Source: Candidatus Falkowbacteria bacterium HGW-Falkowbacteria-1
Lineage (GTDB): Bacteria; Patescibacteriota; Patescibacteriia; Patescibacteriales; UBA12465
DNA: 64,000 nt
Direction: 5' to 3'
NCBI GenBank assembly: GCA_002840305.1
Contig: PHAI01000002.1
Location: 266,707-330,706 of the forward strand
Numbering within the stretch: position 1 is the stretch's first letter; each line of letters begins with the position of its first letter. The notes below the pieces were generated by a model. It did not search any database. It had not been told where the DNA came from and saw only the letters and a program-made list of their open reading frames with translations. Made by a program: the position numbers and the translations under genes. This document shows, in pieces, positions 9,331 to 19,350 of the stretch.

Positions 9331-10800
9331 TTAAAAAAATCTAGCCAGCATTTCTTTTTTTCTATTATTCGACATTTTACTAAGATCACAATAGTTTGAA
9401 AATCTTTGTCTTAACTCTTTAAAATAGCTATATTTCTTTAAATCCTCTGGTCCAAAAACATCAATCATTTTTTTAAAACCGCTCTCCATTCTCTCTACAA
9501 GTGACAATAATTCCTTTCTGTCAAAAGACTTATTTAACAATTTTTGGCTTATTTTTTCACCAAATTCTTCAAAATCAGAAAAATTATCTATATTCAAGGG
9601 AAAAACAAGACTGCCTTTCAAGCCCGATGATTCCCGACCTATATAAAAATCAACCCTTTGAGCTTCAAGATTCTCTTTGCCCTCTTCGGCTAATTTGCCC
9701 AAAAGCAAATTAAATCTCTTTAGAATACTATTATACTGGCTCCTGCCACTAGTGCTCAAATCTTTGCTAATAGTTTCGAGGCTAGTTTTAAAAAAATGGA
9801 AATTTTTAATAAATCTATTATTATAATCATATCCTGGATTTTTATGATTATCCTCCTTTATTTCTTTGATGTCCTTATTTATATCTATTATAGTTTCCTT
9901 AATTTTTTGCTCTAACTTCTTATGAGCACTCTTTCTTTTGGCTCTCGGAATAAAACCAAGTTCTGGCGGATTATCTATTGCTCCATTCAAAAACTCAACA
10001 ACAGAAGAAAATTCAATTAGTGCCACCTCTCTATTAGCATTTACTACATTCTTTAACTCTCTCTTTAATTTCTGATAGTTTTCTGACTCAAAATTAATCT
10101 TAGCATTTTTAAAATCAAGCTCTGTAAAAATTATTTTATCATTATTAATTTCTATTTCCCTAGTCTTTTTCTCATCATCATGATCAATTTTGATCTTTCT
10201 GTCTCTAAAAACTTCATTTATTTTGCCATTGTTTACAGCCAAGAAAGAAGAAAAGGACTTTTCTAAATTATCAAAATAATCGAGAGTTCTAACCTCGGGG
10301 TTTTTTCGCAACAAACGAGAAGAGGCTTCGGTTAAAAAACTCAACTCCAAATTATCCTCAAAATTTTTTTCTATTTTATTTTTATGTTCTTCTGGTCTCC
10401 TAAGCTTTGTCTTATCTTCGAACCCCACTATGCTCACTATATTTAATTTTTTATCAAAATCTTTGTCATATTTTAAGGCATGAGAAAATTCATTCTTTAA
10501 AATTTTAAATAATTCCTCGTAACCATACTCTTCGGCTAAATCCAAAATGTCAGAATTAACAAAAACCTCTTCTATATTACTTTTATAAAAGCCAACGGGA
10601 TGTTTCTCTATTTTTGATCTGATTTCAAGAATAATTTTCTTTCTTTTTTTCAAAAAATCAGGATCACCCTCGTCAACAAATTCTAATAACTCATTATCCT
10701 TATCTTGACTCTCTGGATTGTCTTGTTTTTCTTCAATATTATTCTCCTCAATCTTTTTATTTAATTCTTGATTTTGATTTTGTCCTTCCAGCACACTCAT
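9331..10800 (-). CDS. Hypothetical Lys/Glu-rich protein
   Basis: 489-aa ORF that is highly charged. No motif was recognised. It sits between rfbB and rfbC. Confidence 0.5.
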   Translation of the reverse strand: MSVLEGQNQNQELNKKIEENNIEEKQDNPESQDKDNELLEFVDEGDPDFLKKRKKIILEIRSKIEKHPVGFYKSNIEEVFVNSDILDLAEEYGYEELFKILKNEFSHALKYDKDFDKKLNIVSIVGFEDKTKLRRPEEHKNKIEKNFEDNLELSFLTEASSRLLRKNPEVRTLDYFDNLEKSFSSFLAVNNGKINEVFRDRKIKIDHDDEKKTREIEINNDKIIFTELDFKNAKINFESENYQKLKRELKNVVNANREVALIEFSSVVEFLNGAIDNPPELGFIPRAKRKSAHKKLEQKIKETIIDINKDIKEIKEDNHKNPGYDYNNRFIKNFHFFKTSLETISKDLSTSGRSQYNSILKRFNLLLGKLAEEGKENLEAQRVDFYIGRESSGLKGSLVFPLNIDNFSDFEEFGEKISQKLLNKSFDRKELLSLVERMESGFKKMIDVFGPEDLKKYSYFKELRQRFSNYCDLSKMSNNRKKEMLARFF

Positions 10801-10874
10801 AATATTATTTTAAAATATAATTATAGAAAAATCACTGTTCACAATTAAAATTATATCACTTTTTGCGAAAAATG

Positions 10875-11324
10875 TCAAATTTTATAAGGAGAACTTTCAT
10901 CTTCCTCCCAACGAATCTCGTCAATTTCCTCATTTTTACCTTTTCCCCTGTAAAGCTTATCAGGAAAATTTAAACAATAAGCATTATTTTGACTTATACA
11001 TTTATAACCATGAACAACTCCAGGCGGCACAATTACTAATCTTGGATTATTTTCACCAACCTCAATTTTTAAATGTTCCCCATTTGTTATACTATTCTCT
11101 CTTCTGTCCCATAAATAAAGCTCGAAAACACCAGGACCAACAAAAACAAAGCAATCACTTTGATATTTATGTTCATGAGGGCCACGAATTACACCCGGTT
11201 TTGTTACACTAATATAAGCCATTTCCGCTTTATAACTTAACTCATCGGAACGATAAATTTCGCTAAGCCAACCACGATCATCTTCATACTTGTTGAGTTC
11301 TTTAATTATAAGATCCTTAATCAT
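10875..11324 (-). CDS. rfbC: dTDP-4-dehydrorhamnose 3,5-epimerase-like cupin
   Basis: The pattern DDRGWLSEIYR..GVIRGPHEH..VPPGVVHGY is RmlC-like. 149 aa. Confidence 0.7.
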   Translation of the reverse strand: MIKDLIIKELNKYEDDRGWLSEIYRSDELSYKAEMAYISVTKPGVIRGPHEHKYQSDCFVFVGPGVFELYLWDRRENSITNGEHLKIEVGENNPRLVIVPPGVVHGYKCISQNNAYCLNFPDKLYRGKGKNEEIDEIRWEEDESSPYKI

Positions 11325-11509
11325 AGTATAAAATTTAATTTTTATGATTTAATTATAACATTTGGCAGGCCTAAATACAACATCATAATCCTCTTGATTT
11401 ATTTTTACCGCTATGATATTATTTAAATCAGCCATCAAAGATATGGCTTTATTATAATTATTATTAAGGAATATCGCAAAAATTTTGACGAAATTACCTT
11501 TGTGCTAAT

Positions 11510-11785
11510 ATGAAAAAAAATATTCACCCAAAATATAACAAAGAGATAAAGGCGAGCTGTGCTTGTGGTCATTCTTTTGTTACTGGTTCTACTGAGGCAG
11601 AAATAAAAACTGAGCTTTGTTCTGCTTGCCATCCTTTTTATACTGGAAAGCAAAAATTAGTTGATACTGCTAATCGTGTTGGCAAATTTAAAGCTAAATT
11701 AGAGCTTAAAGATGATAGTAAAAAAGGAAAAAAAGCCAAGAGGGTTGCTAAGGACAGCAAAAAGAAAGAAGACAAAGACAAATAA
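11510..11785 (+). CDS. rpmE: Ribosomal protein L31 with a Lys-rich C-terminal extension
   Basis: MKKNIHPKY, and Cys pairs CACG / CSAC followed by HPFYTGKQK. Confidence 0.9.
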   Translation: MKKNIHPKYNKEIKASCACGHSFVTGSTEAEIKTELCSACHPFYTGKQKLVDTANRVGKFKAKLELKDDSKKGKKAKRVAKDSKKKEDKDK

Positions 11786-11841
11786 CAAAACAAAATATAA
11801 AATAAATAAAAGCTCTGAACAAGGGCTTTTATTATACAAAC

Positions 11842-12885
11842 ATGAAAAATTTTAATGAAATAAAGGAAAAATTTAAAAGCTTAGAGGAGAAAATGCTCGA
11901 CCCCAAAATAATCGCTGACAGCTCTCAACTAACAAAAATAAACAAAGAACATGCTAACTTAAAAAAGGCCCATGCTCTGATTTTGAGTTTGGAAAAAATA
12001 GAAAATGATATAAACGGCAATGAAGAAATAATAAATTCAGAAAACGACATAGAGTTGAAAAGAATGGCAGAAGAAGAACTAGAAAAACTAAACGAAGAAA
12101 AAAAAGAAATCGAAGAAAAATTAAATGAAGAATTATTCCCCGCTGATCCGAATGATAAAAAAAATGTAATTATTGAAATTAGAGCTGGCGCTGGTGGCGA
12201 CGAAGGCGCACTGTTTACAGCTGAACTATTTAGAATGTATGCCAAATTTGCTGAAAAAATGAATTGGAAAAGTGAAATGCTTAGTTCCAGCGTTATTGGA
12301 ATTGGTGGATACAAAGAAATTATTTTTTTTATCAAAGGAGAGGGCGCTTACGGCTGTCTAAAATATGAAGCCGGAACTCATCGCGTTCAAAGAGTACCAG
12401 AGACAGAAAAACAAGGACGTGTTCATACCTCCACCTCAACCGTTGTTGTTTTGCCTGAAGCTGAAGAAGTAGATATAAAAATAGAGGCCAATGATCTTCG
12501 AATAGATACATTCTGCTCTTCGGGGCCAGGAGGTCAAAGTGTTAACACTACTTACTCGGCAATTAGAATAACTCATATACCAACAAATACTGTTGTTAGT
12601 TGTCAAGACGAAAAATCGCAACATCAAAACAAAGAAAAAGCCATGCAAATCCTACGCTCCAGGTTGCTAGCTAAAGCAGAAGAGGAAAAAGCCATGAAAG
12701 ACTCACAAGAAAGAAAAAGCCAGATTGGTGGTGGTGATAGAAGCGATAAAATTAGAACCTACAACTTTCCTCAAGATAGAATAACCGACCATAGAGTAAA
12801 TAAATCATGGAGTAATACTAACAAAATAATGGAGGGCGAAATTGACGAAATAATAAAAGAATTAAAGAATCTAAATAAAAAATAA
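11842..12885 (+). CDS. prfA: Peptide chain release factor 1
   Basis: [14 protein letters not shown] motif and RVQRVPETE (an RF1-type PxT tripeptide). Confidence 0.9.
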   Translation: MKNFNEIKEKFKSLEEKMLDPKIIADSSQLTKINKEHANLKKAHALILSLEKIENDINGNEEIINSENDIELKRMAEEELEKLNEEKKEIEEKLNEELFPADPNDKKNVIIEIRAGAGGDEGALFTAELFRMYAKFAEKMNWKSEMLSSSVIGIGGYKEIIFFIKGEGAYGCLKYEAGTHRVQRVPETEKQGRVHTSTSTVVVLPEAEEVDIKIEANDLRIDTFCSSGPGGQSVNTTYSAIRITHIPTNTVVSCQDEKSQHQNKEKAMQILRSRLLAKAEEEKAMKDSQERKSQIGGGDRSDKIRTYNFPQDRITDHRVNKSWSNTNKIMEGEIDEIIKELKNLNKK

Positions 12886-12958
12886 AATCTTGTTTTATGC
12901 CGCTTTTTTTGAAAAAAAAGTCGGCGCAAAAAACAAAACCACATACAATCTTAAAAAA

Positions 12959-13837
12959 ATGACTATCAAGGAACACTTAAAACTTCTATACACGGAATTA
13001 AAAAAATCAAAAATTGAAAACCCCAGATTAGAGGCTGAATTAATAATTGAGAACATTCTAAAGGTAAACAAAAAATATTTAATACTAAACCCAAACAAAG
13101 AAATAAATAAAAACAACTTAAACAAAATAAAAAACCATCTAGAAAAAAGACTAAATCTTTATCCGATGGCTTATATAAAAAAAGAAAAATATTTTTACAA
13201 CTTAAAATTTTTCGTAAATAAAGATGTTTTAATTCCTCGCCCTGAAAGCGAATTGATTATTGACGAAATAATAAAAAAAACAAAAGATAATTCAGAGGCC
13301 ACTACGATCATGGACATTGGTACTGGTTCTGGATGTTTAATAATTAACCTAGCCAACATTTTATCCAAAAACAAAAAAATTGATTTCTACGGAATAGATA
13401 TTTGTCAAAAAGCTTTAAAAATAGCGGAAAAAAATGCCAAATTAAACAAAGCAGAAAAGAATGTAAAATTTATCCAAAGTGATTTACTTCAAAAAATAAT
13501 AGACAAGAAAATAAAATTAAAAGAAAAAATAATTATAACAGCCAATCTCCCATATTTAACCAAAGAAGAAATAAAAAATTCGCCCAGCATAAAGTTTGAA
13601 CCAGTAAAAGCTTTGGACGGCGGTAAGGACGGTTTAAGATATTACAAGAAAATATTAAGCCAAGTTAAAAAAATAAAAAATAAAAAAAACCATATAGAAA
13701 TCTACATGGAAATTAGTGATTGGCAAAATAAAGTATTAATTTTAGAAGTTAAAAATATTCTAAAAAACTACAAAGTTAAAATAAAAACAATCAAAGACTT
13801 AACAAAACAAAATAGATTAATATTGGTAAGTTTATAA
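12959..13837 (+). CDS. prmC: Release-factor glutamine N5-methyltransferase
   Basis: DIGTGSGCL SAM motif and NLPY (an NPPY variant). It lies directly after prfA. I chose the start at ATG 12959 (MTIKEHL) rather than TTG 12890. Confidence 0.8.
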   Translation: MTIKEHLKLLYTELKKSKIENPRLEAELIIENILKVNKKYLILNPNKEINKNNLNKIKNHLEKRLNLYPMAYIKKEKYFYNLKFFVNKDVLIPRPESELIIDEIIKKTKDNSEATTIMDIGTGSGCLIINLANILSKNKKIDFYGIDICQKALKIAEKNAKLNKAEKNVKFIQSDLLQKIIDKKIKLKEKIIITANLPYLTKEEIKNSPSIKFEPVKALDGGKDGLRYYKKILSQVKKIKNKKNHIEIYMEISDWQNKVLILEVKNILKNYKVKIKTIKDLTKQNRLILVSL

Positions 13838-13847
13838 TTTTTTAAAA

Positions 13848-13870
13848 AAGAGGCTTAAAATAAGCCTCTT
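13848..13870. terminator. Hairpin between convergent genes
   Basis: Perfect 10-bp stem aagaggctta / taagcctctt with loop aaa. Confidence 0.55.
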
Positions 13871-13877
13871 GCACAAA

Positions 13878-14312
13878 TTACTTTTCGTCAGAAAGCAAGG
13901 AAATGATTTGAAACTCTTTTTCATATCTCTTTAACTCTCCGCTTACCCTTTTTAACTCTTCAGAACAATCATACATTAGGTTCGGATAAGACATCTCCTT
14001 TTCGCTGATCATCGCCCTGTAATTTCTTTTAATTTTCTCTTCAGACAATTTACCAAAAGGCAAAACAAAATAGCCTAAAAGTACAAAAACAAAAAAAAGA
14101 ACACAAAGATAAGAGTGAACAGACTCAAGGTCGCCCAATCCCAAAAACGGCTGTTGTATATATGTTGAAACAAAAATGCCCAAAGAGAAAAGAAAAAGAA
14201 CAAAGAGCAACCATTGTCTAACTCTTTTACCCTCTTTTACTTCTCGCTCAGCTTCTTTCAATAATTTGGCGCGGAACTCTTCAACGCGCAACTCTTCAAC
14301 AACTATTTTCAT
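13878..14312 (-). CDS. Hypothetical membrane protein
   Basis: 144 aa with two central hydrophobic segments. Confidence 0.5.
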   Translation of the reverse strand: MKIVVEELRVEEFRAKLLKEAEREVKEGKRVRQWLLFVLFLFSLGIFVSTYIQQPFLGLGDLESVHSYLCVLFFVFVLLGYFVLPFGKLSEEKIKRNYRAMISEKEMSYPNLMYDCSEELKRVSGELKRYEKEFQIISLLSDEK

Positions 14313-14419
14313 AATACCTCTGATTTTAAAGTTGATACTAAGTTAATTAGCGAAACAGTTTAAAAAAAACAATTTTGCTAATCAACCTAATAAAAACGAA
14401 TTTTAAAGATCAACACCAC

Positions 14420-14448
14420 TTTATAGCATACTTTATATATAAAGTCAA
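14420..14448 (-). promoter_or_regulatory. Sigma70-type promoter
   Basis: On the minus strand: TTGACT, a 17-nt spacer, then TATAAA. Confidence 0.45.
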
Positions 14449-14454
14449 TATTGC

Positions 14455-15579
14455 CTAATATTTTACTTTTGTATTTTCATCTATAAAGTGAACCCAAGTT
14501 TTGCCAGAATTAAAAATAAACTCCTCTCCATTTTCATCATAATACCTGGTCCTTGAATTCTCATCATCTTTCTGCCAATAACCACTGTGACAAACGCCAT
14601 CGGAGCAAATCACTGCTGTATTTTTACTGATTAGTTTAATTTTAAGACGAAGCTCACTGTCTAAAATCTCCGTTTCTACAAACTGCAAAATAACATTGCT
14701 GGCAGAAATCTGATCTCCATTATTATCCAGATGTTTTTTACCGGCCAAATCTTTTAAATATAAATTTGCATTCAAATCATAATCCCAACTAATATCATAT
14801 TGTTTTTGTCCGTTTGAAATATCTATTTCAAAATTAGACAAAGCCAAATTAATACTTGGCAAGTCTTTGTCGTTTTTAAACTGCCAGGATTCGAATTTGG
14901 AATTTTCATAATTTCTATCTTTCAAATATTCTTTAATAAGGCCAAAATTGGCCAAAACATTGTGCGGAGCTAAATAATCTTGATAACGCCTAAAATAATC
15001 ACCATTATAAAATTCATTAAAATCTAATAGCTTCTCCTTGGAAATCCTAGCTAAGGCCTCTGGACTACCTCCACAATGAACAAGCATAGCCCCGTATTCT
15101 TTAGCTATATCTAAAAAATAAGGCCTAGCGCTACGAACTGGTCCAATTTCTAAATTGGGCTGCTCATCATTAACTGCAAAAAAAGCCAAATATCTATTTA
15201 TTCCCCCCTCCGCTGGAATATCATAAACCAATTCGGCTGAAGACAAGCCAAATGCCGGACGAGCATCTGGATGATTATCTATAACGGTCGCCACCAAAAA
15301 CGGAGAAATATCACTTTCACTTGGGACTTCTTTGCCGTCTATTAACCGATAAAAACAATTTAAGCAAGCATCATCAGACAAAATATTTTCTTCTTGCAAA
15401 GACTGCTCATCATTAAAAACCTCTTCCGAGCTATTTTTGACAAACAAAAACAAAAAAACTAAAACCAATAAGACAACAGGGGGAATTAAAAAATAAAAAA
15501 GCCTTTTTGGCTTACTCATTTTATTAATTTTATTGATTTCTTCGCCAATTCTTTTTTTAACAAAAATTATCTTAGACAT
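14455..15579 (-). CDS. DUF3048 domain protein (YerB-like)
   Basis: The pattern VIDNHPDARPAFGLSSAELVYDIPAEGGINRYLAFF..PVRSARPYF is characteristic of DUF3048. There is an N-terminal TM segment. Confidence 0.7.
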   Translation of the reverse strand: MSKIIFVKKRIGEEINKINKMSKPKRLFYFLIPPVVLLVLVFLFLFVKNSSEEVFNDEQSLQEENILSDDACLNCFYRLIDGKEVPSESDISPFLVATVIDNHPDARPAFGLSSAELVYDIPAEGGINRYLAFFAVNDEQPNLEIGPVRSARPYFLDIAKEYGAMLVHCGGSPEALARISKEKLLDFNEFYNGDYFRRYQDYLAPHNVLANFGLIKEYLKDRNYENSKFESWQFKNDKDLPSINLALSNFEIDISNGQKQYDISWDYDLNANLYLKDLAGKKHLDNNGDQISASNVILQFVETEILDSELRLKIKLISKNTAVICSDGVCHSGYWQKDDENSRTRYYDENGEEFIFNSGKTWVHFIDENTKVKY

Positions 15580-15585
15580 AAATTT

Positions 15586-16800
15586 CTAAAGTTTTTTTAT
15601 TTCTTCTAGTGTTTCTTTCGCGCATTTTTTCCAAGAAAAGTCTTTGGACCGATTAAGACCCTTGATAATCAATTCTTCTTTCTTGACCGAATCATTTAAA
15701 AGTAATTCTATTTTTGAAAGTAAATCATTAGAATCTAATCTTCTAAAAAATAAGACTGAATCAACTCCTATTTCTTTAAAAACTTCAATATCAGAAGCTA
15801 TTACTGGCACGCCACAAGCCATGGCTTGAAGCAAAGGGATACCAAAGCCTTCATGCAGAGAAGGAAAAATAAAAATTTCAGCTCCACTAAAAATATAAGG
15901 CATATCCTTCTCTTCCACCCAGCCGAGCATTATAACATCATTAAACAAATCTAATTCGGATATCATATATTTGAACTCATCATAACCAAAACCAATATTC
16001 CCAATGAGAACTAATTTCTTTTTACTCTCTTTATTTTTTTCTTTAAAGGAATGGAAAGCTTCAAGCAAAATATTTATATTTTTTTTCTTTTCTATTCGTC
16101 CGGCATACAAAAAAAATGATTGGTTTATACCATAGCTACTAAGAACTTCTTTAATTTTATCTTTATCTTCTATTTTCTGATATAAAGAGTTATTATAGCC
16201 ATTATAAACCATGGCTATTTTTTCACTTTTAATCTTATAAAAATTAAGTATTTCGTTTTTTGTAAAATTTGAAACTGTAATTATTTTTTTTGCTCTTTTT
16301 AAGGCAAATTTAGTTGACCAGTTTAAATAATCTGAAGACTCAAGTCTATATCTTCCATTGGTAAGGATTTTAATAAAAAATTTTATAATTCCCCTCGTTG
16401 AATCTGAGTCGAAAGAAACAACATCGCCACCATAAAGACGCTTGTCTCGCTTAAAGGCAATATCGTGAATGGTCGTTATAGTTTTTTTTGGGAAAAAAAA
16501 TGGAATAGCATGAGCCGGAACAAACAAAACATCAGGAGCGGAAAAAATCATCTCCAAACTTAATCTGCCTAATGTCCAAAAAAATTTAAAAGGCCAATTA
16601 AGAACTTTTATTTTTACATGTTTATTTTCTTCTAAATTTAAATCTTTTAAAAAATATTCCGACAAAGACTTATCGGAATATAAAATGTACTTGTTTTCTT
16701 TATCTATCTCAATTAGATTTTTAATCAAATAATAGGAGTACCATTCGGTCCCTGTTTTAAAATCTCTATTAGCTCTTGATGCATCTATCCCTATTTTCAT
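15586..16800 (-). CDS. Glycosyltransferase, GT-B fold (family 4-like)
   Basis: C-terminal EGFGIPLLQAMACGVPVIASD motif. Confidence 0.8.
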   Translation of the reverse strand: MKIGIDASRANRDFKTGTEWYSYYLIKNLIEIDKENKYILYSDKSLSEYFLKDLNLEENKHVKIKVLNWPFKFFWTLGRLSLEMIFSAPDVLFVPAHAIPFFFPKKTITTIHDIAFKRDKRLYGGDVVSFDSDSTRGIIKFFIKILTNGRYRLESSDYLNWSTKFALKRAKKIITVSNFTKNEILNFYKIKSEKIAMVYNGYNNSLYQKIEDKDKIKEVLSSYGINQSFFLYAGRIEKKKNINILLEAFHSFKEKNKESKKKLVLIGNIGFGYDEFKYMISELDLFNDVIMLGWVEEKDMPYIFSGAEIFIFPSLHEGFGIPLLQAMACGVPVIASDIEVFKEIGVDSVLFFRRLDSNDLLSKIELLLNDSVKKEELIIKGLNRSKDFSWKKCAKETLEEIKKL

Positions 16801-16835
16801 AAAAATAAAACATCGCTTGAATAAAAAAAGCGATG

Positions 16836-17849
16836 CTATTTAGTGGCCAGAATACTTCTTTTATAAGAATCCAAATTATCCAAAGCTATTCCGGTTCCCT
16901 TAGCGACGCAAAGAAGTGGATCGTCAGCAATATAAGCTGAAACTCCTAATGCTCTTGAAAAAAGTTGATCAATATTTTTGAGCAACGCCGTCCCTCCAGT
17001 CAAAACGATTCCCTTGTCTATTATATCAGCCACCAATTCTGGCGGAGTTTGTTGTAATATTTTTTTGGCAGTATTTAAAATTGTTTCTAATTCTCCAGAA
17101 ATGGCCGCAGTAACATCATTGCTATTAACTTCTACAGTTCGAGGAAGCCCACTGACACCATCTCTACCATTTATATCCATAACAAGTTTGTTGTCATCAT
17201 CTAAAAATAAAGCTGAACCAACTTTAATTTTCATTTCTTCAGCCGTTCTCTCTCCAATAACTAAATTATATTTTTTTCTAATATATTCTAAAATTGCTAA
17301 ATCCAATTTATTGCCACCGACCCTAACGGAAGTTGAAGAAACAACACCACCCAAAGATATAACGGCCATCTCAGAAGTCCCTCCACCGATATCAACGACC
17401 ATGTGACCATTGGCAGAGCTGATTGGAATATTGGCCCCAATAGCGGCCGCCACAGGCTCTTTAATGATATACGCAGCTTTGGCTCCAGCAGCAATCGTGG
17501 CTTCTATTACGGCCCTTCTTTCAGTTGATGAAATTCCAGCGGGAACAGCCACCATAACTTCTGGTCTAAAAATTCTAACCTTGCCTAAAGTTTTGTTTAT
17601 AAAATAACGAATCATGGCTTCGGTTGTGCGATAGTCAGCAATGACTCCATCTTTTAGCGGTTTCAAAGCTATGATAGTATCTGGTGTTCTGCCTAGCATA
17701 TCTTTAGCATCGTTTCCGACAGCCAAAATCTTGTTATCATCGATAGAAACAGCAACAACACTAGGTTCGTTAATAACCACGCCTCTTTTTGGCAAATAGA
17801 CCAAAGTATAGGTTGTGCCCAAATCAATTCCGATTCTTTTAGCAAACAT
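16836..17849 (-). CDS. mreB: Actin-like rod-shape protein MreB (orphan copy)
   Basis: IGIDLGTTYT, NEPSVVAV, VDIGGGTSE and VLTGGTALL. Confidence 0.85.
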   Translation of the reverse strand: MFAKRIGIDLGTTYTLVYLPKRGVVINEPSVVAVSIDDNKILAVGNDAKDMLGRTPDTIIALKPLKDGVIADYRTTEAMIRYFINKTLGKVRIFRPEVMVAVPAGISSTERRAVIEATIAAGAKAAYIIKEPVAAAIGANIPISSANGHMVVDIGGGTSEMAVISLGGVVSSTSVRVGGNKLDLAILEYIRKKYNLVIGERTAEEMKIKVGSALFLDDDNKLVMDINGRDGVSGLPRTVEVNSNDVTAAISGELETILNTAKKILQQTPPELVADIIDKGIVLTGGTALLKNIDQLFSRALGVSAYIADDPLLCVAKGTGIALDNLDSYKRSILATK

Positions 17850-17879
17850 AATTTTATTATCAGCTTTAAATATAAGTAT

Positions 17880-17908
17880 ATATTAGCTCTTAAGCTGTTT
17901 TTAGTCAA
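17880..17908 (-). promoter_or_regulatory. Sigma70-type promoter for mreB
   Basis: On the minus strand: TTGACT, a 17-nt spacer, then TAATAT. It lies between the RT stop and the mreB start. Confidence 0.45.
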
Positions 17909-17927
17909 TAGATTTTAATAAAAAACC

Positions 17928-18944
17928 TTATAATTCTCTAGTTTCTTCGCGATTCTTACTGTTTGCTAGCCTCAATATCATTAACTTCAATTTATAAGAA
18001 TTACCATGTTTAATTAACCCTAAATAAGAATTCAAAGAATCTTTTTTATTACTTTCTTTTAATTTATAAATCATTCTTCTTTTTGTTGATCTTCTTAAAA
18101 CTTTATACTCGGGAAAATTAATCCACCCCAAAAAATCAAGACCAGAAGAAACTGTTTTGACAAACGTTTTTTGAGGATGAATTTCTAATTTTAAATTTAA
18201 AAATAAAAATTCTTTAATCGGATTAATTTTATTCTCTAACCATTCCTTATTATCTGACATTATTACAAAATCATCGGCATAACGAATATAAAATTTGGCC
18301 TTAATTTTATGTTTTATAAATTGATCAAATATATTAAGATAAATATTGGCAAAAAGCTGAGAAGTGAGATTTCCCAATGGCAAACCCTTACCTTTTTTAA
18401 CTTGAAAGCTATAAATAATATTTTGCAAAAGACAAATAATATTTTCATCAGCAATATATTCATTTAAAATACCAAGCAATACTTGATGATCAATACTAGC
18501 AAAAAATTTTCTAATATCTCCTTTTAGCACCCAACAATTTTTGGTATTATTTTTACTAATTTTCAAAAAAAATTTATTAAATCTTGATACAGCTTTGTGC
18601 GTACCCTTATTTAAACGACAAGAATAACTATCAAATATAAAAATTTTATCGAAAAATGGATATAATTTACGATAAATAGCATGATGAAGTAATCGATCGC
18701 GAACATTAGCTTTATGAATATCTCTAATTTTTGGATCAAAAACTTTAAATGCCTTATAGCCACCGTGATTATATTTATGATATAATAGATCGTAATGTAA
18801 ATTTAAAAGATTGCCCATTAAGCTTATTCCAAACAATTGAACATCACGACGTCCACGCTTGCCATTTAGAAATTCGCCCCAAGCGCTTAACAAGTTATCT
18901 AAATCTATAATATCTTCAAATTTATGAGTCAATTTAATTTTCAT
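17928..18944 (-). CDS. DGR reverse transcriptase
   Basis: 338 aa. LPLGNLTSQLFANIYL is the DGR-typical [I/L]GxxxSQ motif. YIRYADDFVIM is the YxDD catalytic box. There is no maturase/endonuclease tail. It is adjacent to TR/VR. Confidence 0.9.
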   Translation of the reverse strand: MKIKLTHKFEDIIDLDNLLSAWGEFLNGKRGRRDVQLFGISLMGNLLNLHYDLLYHKYNHGGYKAFKVFDPKIRDIHKANVRDRLLHHAIYRKLYPFFDKIFIFDSYSCRLNKGTHKAVSRFNKFFLKISKNNTKNCWVLKGDIRKFFASIDHQVLLGILNEYIADENIICLLQNIIYSFQVKKGKGLPLGNLTSQLFANIYLNIFDQFIKHKIKAKFYIRYADDFVIMSDNKEWLENKINPIKEFLFLNLKLEIHPQKTFVKTVSSGLDFLGWINFPEYKVLRRSTKRRMIYKLKESNKKDSLNSYLGLIKHGNSYKLKLMILRLANSKNREETREL

Positions 18945-18957
18945 ACATCTAATTCTA

Positions 18958-18970
18958 CCCCCCCCCCCCC
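18958..18970. repeat. C13 (G13 on the minus strand) homopolymer
   Basis: I counted it directly: ccc at 18958-18960 plus ten c at 18961-18970. It lies between the RT start codon (18944) and the annotated avd start (19021). Confidence 0.95.
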
Positions 18971-19020
18971 TAAATTTACAACTAGCCCCACTCCTTCAAA
19001 AAAGCAAAGATACATATCTT

Positions 19021-19338
19021 TTGTGGTATTCTTATTTTAAAACATTACCCAAAGAACATCGTTTTAGTCTTGGTATTAAAATAGATAACCTTTTTGTAGA
19101 AATAATAGAATTTATTTCTGGAGCATTATATACAAACAAAGATGAAAAAATATTTTATATAAAAACTGCTATCAGAAAAAATGATGCTTTAAAATTACTA
19201 CTTTTAATTCTTTGGGAAACTAAATCAATAGATAATAAAAAATATTTAATGCTTTCCGAAAAAATCAATGAAATAGGTCGTATGCTCGGAGGTTGGGCTG
19301 GGCAAATTATAAAACAAAACTCCTCTATAAAAAAATAG
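19021..19338 (+). CDS. avd: Avd-like accessory variability determinant (four-helix bundle). The N-terminus is probably incomplete as annotated.
   Basis: LPKEHRFSLG..., a helical heptad character and a C-terminal EIGRMLGGWAGQ resemble Avd / 23S-IVS four-helix proteins. The only start is TTG. It lies on the opposite strand to RT, TR and VR. Confidence 0.7.
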   Translation: MWYSYFKTLPKEHRFSLGIKIDNLFVEIIEFISGALYTNKDEKIFYIKTAIRKNDALKLLLLILWETKSIDNKKYLMLSEKINEIGRMLGGWAGQIIKQNSSIKK

Positions 19339-19350
19339 AGGAGTTTTTTT
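19319..19350 (+). terminator. Intrinsic terminator after avd
   Basis: Stem actcctcta (19319-19327) pairs with tagaggagt (19336-19344). The loop is taaaaaaa and a T7 run follows. It abuts the TR boundary at 19351. Confidence 0.6.

Noticed and set aside
11486-11512. A possible promoter TTGACG..TAATAT directly upstream of rpmE
   Set aside because: The spacer is only about 15 nt, and the -10 candidate overlaps the ATG. That would place the transcription start inside the gene, so it is not a credible promoter as positioned.
17928-18944. The RT could be a group II intron maturase or a retron RT
   Set aside because: There is no X/maturase, DNA-binding or endonuclease extension, and no flanking intron RNA domains (no domain V-like hairpin noticed). 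No msr/msd-like inverted repeats are present. The adjacent adenine-mutated TR/VR pair and the LGNLTSQ motif point to a DGR RT.
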